NCBI RefSeq assembly: GCF_006345805.1
Contig: NC_043007.1
Span: 61,814,001 to 61,878,000, forward strand
DNA from: Octopus sinensis
Lineage: Eukaryota
Direction of reading: 5' to 3'
Length of the DNA: 64,000 nucleotides
Shown: positions 39,259 to 49,617 of the stretch, one piece after another
How positions within the stretch are numbered: the first letter of the stretch is position 1
Layout of the letters: the number at the start of each line of letters is the position of its first letter
Made by a program: the position numbers and the translations under genes
Notes under the pieces: generated by a model
Database searches by the model: none
What the model was told of the DNA's origin: nothing
The model's input: only the letters and a program-made list of their open reading frames with translations

Positions 39259-40430
39259 GTATCGCAAAAGCATATTCCAAGGAGACAACCTCTCTGTGAT
39301 GTTGTTTATACTTTCTGTAAACCCCTTGTCGTTTATGTTAAGGAAGTCTGGAGGAAATCTCACTGGTTCACAAGGAAAGAGAAGTACAAAAATTACACAC
39401 TGTTTCTTTGAGGATGACTTAAAACTTTATACAAAGTATATGCATGAGATGAAAAAGAGCGTCGACCTAGTTACAACATTCTCAAAGGATGTAGGGTTGG
39501 AATTTGGTCAGGATAAATGTTGTTATATGGGTGTGAAAAGGGGGAAAACTATAAACCAGACTAGTAACATCTCCATTAATGATTTGACTATTTCCCCCGT
39601 ATCTGATGAGGAATGTTACAGATATCTAGGGGTGGATGAAAATACATCTTACAGTGGCACTTGTAACAAAACAAGGACAAAGAAATAAGAACTCACAATA
39701 TGACAGAAACCTTAGCCACTCATAGTAAATAGGAATATACCAGTGAAAACCTCAATAAAATGTGAGCACAACAGACCTGATATAATGATTTAGGACAGAG
39801 AAGAGAAACTGGGCACAGTTGTGGAAATTATCTGCCCAGCGGATGTTAAAATAAAACTGAAGATCATGAAAAAGAGAACACCTATGCTGAACTACTGAAA
39901 AATCTGCAGTTATTCGATCCAGATTACAAGTTCAGGTTTATACCTGTAATTATCGGAGCCCTGGGATATGAAACACTCTGCCTAAATACCCTCCTTGAGA
40001 AATTAGGCTTCTCAAAATCAGAAAGGAGAAATCTATTTCGAAGACTACAGAACCAATCCCTCACTGGAACTATAAAAATCTGTAAAACTTCCCAGAACAT
40101 TATCATTTAAATATATATATAAGCATGTCTAGATATGCAAGTATATGCATGAGAATACATAAAACATACAAATCTGCACATACATACATACATACATACA
40201 TACATACATACATACATACATACATACATACATACATACATACATACATACATGCATGCATCCATGCATACATACATTCATACTTACATACATAAATACA
40301 AACAAACAAAAATACCCTATTGTTGATGTTGAAATTCCAATGAAGGTGCCTTGGATGTAGGTTAGAAACCGGTTCTTTTTCTATTGGCAAGAAATCTTGA
40401 AATGAACTGAATAATGACATACATACATAC
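39259..40430 (+). mobile_element. 5'-truncated, internally deleted R4/Dong-like RLE LINE bounded by (CATA)n
   Basis: RT motifs SIFQGDNLSVMLFIL, THCFFEDDLKLY, FGQDKC and YRYLG. The sequence then jumps to the RLE: EHNRPDIMI...VVEIICPAD...FIPVIIGALG, C-terminal GTIKICKT, stop at ~40108. The 3' UTR ends gacatacatacatac (40416-40430), and (CATA)n lies at 39207-39257 directly before the 5' junction. Confidence 0.88.
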
Positions 40431-40553
40431 AAACTTCGTAAGAGAACATAAAATAGTTCTTTTTTGATCTATGAAACTCAATTTAAATAATGGTATAAAT
40501 AAACGTGAATAAATATTGGGTTACAAAAAACCCTTTTGAGAGAGAAATCCGAA

Positions 40554-40624
40554 GGCTGCTCGTAGGACTCAAACCTACGTCTTCTGTAAACATGTCAAAT
40601 GCTCTACCAGTGGCTAAAGCAATC
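40554..40624 (-). pseudogene. Degenerate tRNA-like sequence (tRNA pseudogene or SINE head)
   Basis: Minus strand: tagccactggtagagc (A box/D arm) and gtagg-tttgagt-cctac (perfect 5-bp T stem with 7-nt loop). The anticodon arm does not pair. Confidence 0.4.
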
Positions 40625-40945
40625 TATAGAATTTCTCAATGCCTTTTAGAAACTTTATTCCTGCCAGTGAGAATTGCTTGTTGTTGACGTCATAAGAATT
40701 GAGAGACCTTCGAGAAAGAACGTGAAATAATTCTTTTCTTTTTCCGAACGTGAAACTCGAAGCAAATAAAGCAATAGCGTGTAAAAACTAGGTTAAAACC
40801 CCGATTCCTAGGAAAGAAAATGTCGAAGGTCTTCTGTAAATATCTTCTGTAAATATAACACGCGTTGTACCATAATTTTTTAACCCAATAGCTTTCCGGC
40901 TGTTATTTATAGCTTTTTTTGCTTCAAGTTTCACCATGCCATCAA

Positions 40946-41000
<55 letters not shown>

Positions 41001-41625
41001 TATTGGTGAATATTAGCATTTGTTTCTTAGAGATATGACTATATGTATATATATTTCTTTATTGCCCACAAGGGGCTAAACATATATATACATGTATATA
41101 CACATGCAAATATACATATACACACTAACATGTATATGTATGTATGCATGTATACATGTAGTGTGTATGTGTGCGCGCGTGTGTGTATGAGTGTGTGCGT
41201 GTGTGTATGAGTGTGTGTGTGTAATTATGTATAGATATATACACGCACTGATTATAAAATTCATAAGTAATGAACAGTGTTTATTTATTTGGTTGGGTCT
41301 TCTTTTTTCTTTTTTCCTTCCGTCCTTTCTTCCTTCCATCCTTTCTTTCTTTCCTTCTTTCATTCGATGACCAACTTACTATATAAACTTACAGGTGAGA
41401 TAGAAATTCCACTACTGAGCGTAGAAAAAATGAAAAAGTATTTTCGTTGGAATAAAATCAGGATTGATGACAAAGTCAAAACACTGTGATAAAGAGTTTT
41501 CTTCTCACCCAAACAGCTGGTATATATAAATGTAACACCTCCAGACTTCAGCCAGCGAGCATGCTATATGTGTGAATGTTTCATATACTTATATACATAC
41601 ATATTTATAAATACACATGTGCATG

Positions 41626-41663
<38 letters not shown>

Positions 41664-41673
41664 ATATATATAT

Positions 41674-41712
<39 letters not shown>

Positions 41713-41715
41713 GTT

Positions 41716-42110
41716 TGGCTGCCAACTAAACTATATTTTCTTTCACTTATTTACATTATAAAAATGTAAGATTATCATTTTTCTTTTAGTCACTTTTATA
41801 AACGACATCTTTTACCACCACCACAACGACGATGACGTCACATTTTCTATATGTGTTCACGAGTTCGTTACGTACGTTAGGCCGATGGCTGACAAGTATA
41901 TGCGTGTAACAGTGTTTGCGTCTGTCCGTATACATACAGTTTTGTGACGACTGAGACACACACATATATATCTAAAGACACAGAGAGACACACACAGGGA
42001 CAGAGATATGCTTGAGGTGTGCGTTAATGTATGTCAATGTGTGTGTGTGTCTTAGTGTATGTGACTCCCCCCACCCACCCAACAGTGAAACGCGCTGATA
42101 TTGAAAGTTA
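41716..42110 (+). mobile_element. Relic homologous to the 5' non-coding part of the Helitron at 49618
   Basis: Shared blocks with ~49760-50160: aaacgacatctt, gacgtcacattttct, tacgttaggccgatg, aagtatatgcgtgt, gacgactga, tctaaagaca, tcttagt. Confidence 0.7.
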
Positions 42111-44347
42111 CAACGACTAAGTTCCATTAGAAAGTGAAAGTAGTTTCACACCTTCAATTTCAACCAAAATTACAGTGCTCAATTACGATACGGACGATGT
42201 GTGAATAATGAAAGTAATGTTTCTCCGAATTAGTCACATCTGTATTATAATAAAGAAAGGTGCTTAGTCGATCGAAACATAACCGCTGCTTATTATCTAT
42301 CTACCAAATAAACTGCTTTTCACTCAACAACTCTTTTTTACAACTAAAATAACCTCGGCAACTACGCAGGCCGCACAATTTTGAGGTCATTTTCTGACAA
42401 TATTTCAATTTGCTTCTAATGTTTCACTTTCGTCCGATGTTTCACGCATGCGTAGAATTCTCGGACAAAGATTTATGAAAATGCACACAAAAATATTGTA
42501 TTAAAATAAGCCACAACCAAAAAAAATTGCAGTAAAAGAATCCTGTTCTCTATATGTTATGAGGAAATACAGCCACTCACTCTCTCTACCTCCCCTTCTC
42601 TCTCTCTCACGAACAAAAAAGATGTATGCATTTGTATTTATGGGCGAAGGTAAAGAATACGCACACCCGGTGTTTAGCGTTAGGGTTATGCCGAAAACAG
42701 GTGGCGTTCGTTATTCTTTACCTCCGCCTATTTGTGTACGTGTATATGAAAGATAATGTATGTGTGTATGTGTGTGTGAAAAAGAGAGAGAGTGATAGAG
42801 AGAGAACGAGTGAGTGACACACATACATGCAAAAAATTCATACATCACAACACACACCGTCACTCACTCACTCACTCACTCACTCACTTACTCACTCACA
42901 CACTCATTCACTTTCTCTCTCTCACACACACACGTCCATTTCATATACATCTACATGTTTCACTGTCTCCTCTCACTTCAAAGCAAATGTTGCTTTTTCA
43001 CTCTATCCTCTTTCAATTTCTGTTCTCTTCAAAGCATAAAGAAATTAAAAGAATTTTGCAGAAATTAATGAACAATCATATGATCCCATATATGTCGAGT
43101 TGACAACTTTGCTTCTTCAAACGAAAGAATACCATAAAATAACATCCTTTCACATACACTCACACGCACACGCACACGCACACACACATGCACACACGCA
43201 TACATGCACACACACAGACACACACTCTAGGTAAAACTTCTGTGCGAATTACGTTATTTTTTGCAGTGTGCATGCGCAAATTTAAAGCTCAATTCCAGTT
43301 GAAATGATCTTTTTCTATTCTGTAATTTGTATTTGTGATGAGCGTATTTAAAAACCTGATCTTCGATATAAAAGAAAGTTTTCCCAGAAATCCTGTCCTT
43401 TACCTATTCTTTCTAGCATGTCCGAGGGGGCATTTCCGCTCCCCCGCCTTATTTTTTTTTTCCTAAATTTCTTCCTTTTCCTATGTTTACGATACAGGTG
43501 ATTAGGATTTCACTACAAAACACGTTCTCAATATTTTAATTTTCTCTCTTCCACACCAAATTCGTTTTTTACTTTTTTCAAATATTTTTTCTTGTTAATC
43601 CATGTAGAAAAAAAAAACAGAGTACAAATCTTTAAGAATTTTACCCATCACATCAACAGTTTCAAAAAGCTACACACTTCCAATGTTTTAATTTTAGCTT
43701 TTTTGGAAAGCGGTGAAGTTTCTTCAGAAATAATATCATTTACCTGTTGTTTCTAGTATTTCAGGTTTTCTGGTGGTGGTTCGGGTATTTTTTAAGTCTA
43801 CTATTTCAGTAAAATTCTACGCATGCGGAAAACATCACACAAAAGCGAAACTAAAGTGGGCGAGGTGGAGGAAGGGGCATTGAGTGTTTCTTTAAGAAAA
43901 ATCAAACTATAAAAAATATATATTTCCCAGATACATGATCGCTGTATTTTTCTACGTAGATAATAAAAAAAAAAATTTTTAAGTTACAAATTAAAAAATT
44001 GCGGTAAGGATGGGTGGGGATTGAAATTTTTAAAACGTTATTTCGGGACAAAATCGTATTAACCCCCCTTTATACAATGAAACAATACATAGTTCGTGGT
44101 CCTTCTTAAGAACAGAAAGCACTTTCATGCAAACCCATACAAATTGTACTCTCCCACTTCACTTTTAAACAAACAATAACTTCCATTATGCCATTAACTA
44201 TATATAAGCTGTGCCGATTCTGCCCATTAGAAAGGAGCAAATAAACAATGTGCCTGTAGGTCATAACACCGGGTAACGCCGGGATGCATTGCTAGTATGC
44301 GTGTGTGCGTGTATATATATGTATGTATATATATATATATGTGTGTG

Positions 44348-44850
44348 TGGAGGCGCAATGGCCCAGTGGTTAGGGCAGCGGACTCGCGATCGTAGGATCG
44401 TGGTTTCAATTCCCAGACCGGGCATTGTGAGTGTTTATTGAGAGAAAACACCTAAAGCTCCACGAGGTTCCGGCAGTGGGTGGTGAGCCCTGCTGTACTT
44501 TCACCGCATCTTTCTCTCACCTTTTCTTCCTGCTTCTGTTGTACCTGTATCTCAAAGGGCCAGCCTTGTCACACTCTGTGTAACGCTGAATCTCCCCGAG
44601 GACTACGTTAAGGGTACACATGTCTGTGGAGTGCTCAGCCACTTGCACATTAATAAATGAGCTACGACGTCACTGGTGCCAAGTTGTATCGACCTTTACC
44701 TTTCCCTTGGATAACATCGGTGGCGTGGAGAGGGGAGGCTGCTATGCGTGGGCGACTGCTGGTCTTCCATAAATAACTTTGCCCAGACTTGTACCTCAGA
44801 GGGTAACTTTCTAGGTGCAATCCCATGGTCATTCATGACCGAAGGAGGTT
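44348..44850 (+). mobile_element. tRNA-headed SINE (family 4), near full length
   Basis: Head ggaggcgcaatggcccagtggttagggcagcggactcgcgatcgtaggatcgtggtttcaattccc with A and B boxes; the body is shared with 19105-19235. Confidence 0.75.
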
Positions 44851-44918
44851 ACAATACAAACACAACAATATATATACACACACACATACACACACGCATA
44901 TACACATACTTATATACG

Positions 44919-45143
44919 TACGAGGTACGGGGCGGGGGCTGAAAAGTTCCTGGCTTTAAGGGTGTTGTAAAGGACCTAGTTGGAGGCCCAAACTTCCGAG
45001 TTCTTTTACAGGGCTTAGAAAAACTCAAGGACCACTGCAAATAAGTATGTGAATCTGAGAGGGGAATATGTGGAATAAAATCATAACTCATTGATTCTCC
45101 TGTATTTTCTTTTACCCAAAGCCAGGAACATTTCAGCACCCTC
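44919..45143 (+). mobile_element. Mariner-derived MITE
   Basis: TIRs gggctgaaaagttcctggcttt (~44936-44957) and aaagccaggaacatttcagcaccc (45118-45141). A tacgagg mariner-type start lies at 44919. The interior resembles a transposase C-terminus (GLEKLKDHC...LRGEYVE-like). Confidence 0.8.
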
Positions 45144-45330
45144 TGGCCTAGTGGTAAGGGTGTTGCATTCACGATCGTGGGTTTGAATCGCAGACCGAGC
45201 CGTGAGCTGTGTCCTTCAGCAAAACACTTCATTTCGCATTGTTTCAGTCTACTATGTAATAAATAACTCTGCGATAGAATGTCCTTCCGATCAGATGGGT
45301 GATGTTGGCCTGCTCTCCTAGCCAGCGGGA
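45144..45330 (+). mobile_element. Family-3 (CORE-like) SINE abutting the MITE
   Basis: tggcctagtggtaagggtgttgcattcacgatcgtgggtttgaatc...tgtgtccttcagcaaaacacttcatttc. Confidence 0.7.
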
Positions 45331-45647
45331 TGGCATCATCTGAAAGCTAAAATTATGCCAAGCGCATTGTGATCAGTGATGTGTAGTAGAATCTGATAGT
45401 CTAGTCGATCAGGTGATCACTTGGTATATCATAATATATAAGGATATACATACATCATACACACACACACAGATGCATATACATACATATATGTGTGGGT
45501 GTTTTTCTCTTTGTATGTTTCTGTGGAAAGCAGCTAATAATTCAATGAATAGGCCTGTAAAAGATCAACAAATAGCAATGTAAACGAGAACTATCTCAAT
45601 AAACAAATAGTTTCTGTATCCTCCAGAAATATCAAATAACCCGCCCC

Positions 45648-45756
45648 ATGTATGTATGTATGTATGTATGTATGTATGTATGTATGTATGTATGTATGTA
45701 TGTATGTATGTATGTATGTATGTATGTATGTATGTATGTATGTATGTATGTATGTA
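45648..45756 (+). repeat. (TATG)n microsatellite
   Basis: Directly visible. Confidence 0.95.
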
Positions 45757-47299
45757 TAAATGCATGCATGTATGTATATATATACACACAGACGCACACA
45801 CACACGCACATATCCATTATATGCAGCAGTAGCAATATTTGATTTTAAAAAGTCATCTGTGTATCACACTCAATGCAAATACATTGCGAATGGCAAATTT
45901 AGTAAGGTGTCTGTCCTGAGATAATATATCTCATGGGGCTGCTGTTTTTATAAACACAATAAATATCGGATAGAAAGGGAAAATCATTCTAGTAGCGGCT
46001 GGTGAGAATTCTAGATGTGCATTTCTACTTCGTTGGGCATTTCTACTTCTGATGCATATAAAGGATTTTATTCAGTCGATCGGCTATTTGCAACACCTGT
46101 TATCCAATGCTTTCTTATAACAGTGGCGACTGATTTTGTTTTAGCATGCAGCTGGCTGGGATACACGCTACTGACTATGCCCAACGATGCAAGAATGTGC
46201 ATATGCTTTTCATGATGTATCTTTAATAGCAACATATTTAGCATTAAAGTAGAAATGCAGAAACTTCTGATATAGCTCATAATTTGATAATGATCAACAA
46301 ATTTTTCATTCAAATAAATACTACCCAGTATCTAATTACATAATTGTGATACGTAATTAAATTTAAATCAAATTAATTTTAAAACATCTAAAAAGTGTTT
46401 ACTCATATCACCAAGTATGTTATGTTACGCTAATCCCCAAAACGGTTACACTTCTTTAAAATAAATTTGATTTAAATTAGGTAAGTATCTGTTGTGTCGA
46501 CGCCCCCAGACGATGAAGTTGGCTAGCCCAATACGTAGAGACTAAGGGAGAAGTCTAGACGTCGGAGTTGAGTAGAGGTCATCCGAACGTGCGATATAAC
46601 AGTAGCGACGAGGATTTCGTAGCTCACACAGCCACTGTGTAGTATTGCGATATAACAGTATCGCAGTTATGTAATCATACATATGGTAGTGTTCATCTTA
46701 ATGAAACAGCCGTTGAACACAATTAAAGAATAAGTTATAGATGACGTTTCTACTTTCCTGCTTTTCTTCTAAATATGTCGGCCGATTATGTATATAAATG
46801 CAGGTCGGTCAGACTTGGATTTACTGCAATGTAATAACCTGTTGGAACAAACGACCTGTTATTAACGGAGCTCTTTATTACTATGGATATATCCTTTGAT
46901 GTAGACGCTTCAATTCTCTATATGGACATACATGTATGCATATACATGCATGCATGTATGCATACATACATAAATACAAACTTACATATACATGATTTCT
47001 ATGAATATATACATACATATATATGTATGTGTATGTGTGTGTGTGTGCGCGCGCGCGCGTACGTGCGTGTAGGAATCCAATGCAAAAATTTATTTATTTA
47101 CTCTCCGTTACTTTCGAGGCAGATATTGCCAATGAAATCATTGTTTATCTAATGTAACTACAGCTGCTGTACATTAAATACCCAAGTGTATAACTCTGTG
47201 TGAATACATGTATAGACACGTTTATGGTATATATAGCACTCTGTTTTTTTATATGCATAGATAACTATATTTGTGTGTATGTGTGCGTGTGTGTATGTG

Positions 47300-47333
<34 letters not shown>

Positions 47334-47349
47334 AATGTATGTATAAATA

Positions 47350-47398
<49 letters not shown>

Positions 47399-47586
47399 AT
47401 ATATATATATGTATATATGTTCATATGTATGTGTGTGTATATATATATATACGCACACATGCATATTTATAGATTCATAGTCAAACACGCACATATAAAC
47501 ATACATACATGCATTGTGTGTATATGTGCAGAAACACATACATAGGTGTATGTGTGTGTGTTCATATATATATATATATACATACA

Positions 47587-47618
<32 letters not shown>

Positions 47619-48069
47619 CCCGTGTATGTGTTTGTGCACACACACACATTTAAACACATGCATATATTTTTTACATATGTACATATAAATTTACATACAT
47701 ACCTCCTTACCTCCATAATACATATATACACATTCACACATGCATGCATGCATCCATCCATCTATCCATACATGCATAATACATACAAGCATGCATACAT
47801 ATTGTTAGCTGTGAAAAGTTTTTAGCCTACCGTCGATTTTTTTCTAGTTAGATATTTTCTCTTCTTTGCAGGTATGTATACGAGTTTAATAGTGTTTTTC
47901 GATTCATTGTAAATTTAATTTCACAGTATGTAAAAATATAATCCATTGACAAAAAATGTTTTTTCAATAAATAAATAAATAAATAGATAAATTGATGAAT
48001 TTAAACATGGTCAAATAAGCGGTTGGTATCTGTGCGGTAAAAAGTGCAGTGGATAACAATCAAGAGATC

Positions 48070-48330
48070 GGTGGCCGAGTGAAGAACAGATCTGGGAGTT
48101 CAGAGGAAGTTTCTGAGAGGGAAAGAAGACATCAAAAAGGGGAGTTATTAATATCGACTGGCAGGAGATTGAAGTTGCAAATTCAGTGGATATGTCACCA
48201 TATCGTATAAGAACAGTATTGAAAGATTTTGGATCTGAAGGGAAAGTTGCAAGAAAGAAGCCAACGATTTCAAATGTCTAACAAGACCAAATGGTTCAGC
48301 TGTGCAAAAGAGATCTGAACAAGGAAGCTG
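48070..48330 (+). mobile_element. Tc1-like transposase N-terminal (HTH) relic
   Basis: KNRSGSSEEVSERERRH and VDMSPYRIRTVLKDFGSEGKVARKKPTIS resemble Tc1 RSGRPRK..ER and IRR.L...G..GRVARKKP. Confidence 0.55.
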
Positions 48331-49013
48331 ATTTTGATAATTTTCCAATCCAAGGCAAATGCATGTACAGTATACCAAAACTGAAGCAAGGTTGAGTTGG
48401 ATTGTTTGCAAGAAACAAACTTAGAGAAATGGAATTTATGGTTCGAGACACGATTTGGGCAAAAGGCAGAGCTGCAAATATTTTTGCAGGAGGGCGTAAA
48501 ATACTATCAAATTAATTCATTCTTATTCTTTCTTTCATTCGTTCATTCATTCATACCATTAACTCATTCATTCATCCATTCTTTAATTAATTTACTTATT
48601 CATTCTTTTAGTTTATTCTTTTATTTATTCATTACCATGTTAACTAATTTATTCCAACCGCCGTAAGATTTACTAGCTTTCCACAGCTAACAGATGTTGT
48701 AGGTTTGCTCTACAATATCAGCTGATCTGAGTCAAATCAGTAACTACAACATCTATATTTAACATTGTTGCCAACGAATGTTATGGCGTAGATCGTAAGC
48801 AACTAGCAATGCTTTTACTATTTTTTTCAGAAGACCTTTTGATTTTCACCCGTTAAAGTGGTTTTATTTACCTTTTTTTTCCTGCTTTTACACTATGGAA
48901 AGACGCAGATTACAACGGCCATTTTCCAGTCTTTTAAAAATCAATAGGATTAACAGATATTTATTGCTGCTTATGTCTGACTAAGAAAGATCACGAAATC
49001 GTATATATAGTCG

Positions 49014-49262
49014 CAGGCATGGCTGTGTGGTTAAGATGTTTGCTTTGCAAACATGTGGTTCAAGTTCAGTCCCACCGCATTGAACCTTGCCACTATAAAC
49101 TCGGGCTGACCAATGCATTGTGAGTGAATTTAACTGACGAAAACTGGTGGAAGCCAGTCGTAAGTACGCACGTACGCGCGCACGCACATAATCTTTTTAT
49201 CGTTCATGTTTTCGAGATCAATGAAATAAGTACCAGTCAAACACTGGAGTCGATATAATCTC
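49014..49262 (+). mobile_element. Family-2 SINE 5' half followed by a family-1 core fragment
   Basis: ggcatggctgtgtggttaag...ttcagtcccacc...ttgtgagtgaattt, then gagatcaatgaaataagtaccagtcaaacactggagtcgat. Confidence 0.7.
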
Positions 49263-49617
49263 CTCATTCTTGAAGACGATATAGTGATACTATAACGACT
49301 GTGCTAAAAGAATATTATCCGCAGTGAGAATAATTTGTGTGATACAATGTCTATAAAAGCTTTGCGAGAGTACGCATTTTATCCATCAGCCACCAGTCGT
49401 CGTACCAACTTTTGGAGACGAAACTTAGCATCGCATGGTTACTGGGGTCTTTTATAAGCTTCAAGTAGAGTTTAAGTCGAAAGTAGTTACAGCTCTTTAT
49501 ATTATACTATATTATAAAGGCAAATTTCTTAATTATGGAGACTAGCACATTCGTTCAAAACGAGAGCTGAAGTGATTGATAAATTTCTTACCTAAAGGCA
49601 TCGAACTCTATGCTTAA

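Noticed and set aside
40554-40624. Functional tRNA gene
   Set aside because: The anticodon stem does not pair and the acceptor stem is weak; kept only as a degenerate tRNA-like relic.
41393-41483. 91-bp minus-strand exon candidate (VLTLSSILILFQRKYFFIFSTLSSGISISP)
   Set aside because: Splice-like ends and one open frame, but the peptide is unrecognisable and no phase-compatible neighbouring exons were identified.
47158-47825. Multiple long overlapping ORFs rich in Y/I/C/V/H/T (likewise 11669-11973, 33543-33952, 42792-43103, 63546-63919)
   Set aside because: These are translations of (TA)n, (TG)n and (CATA)n repeats that happen to lack stop codons.
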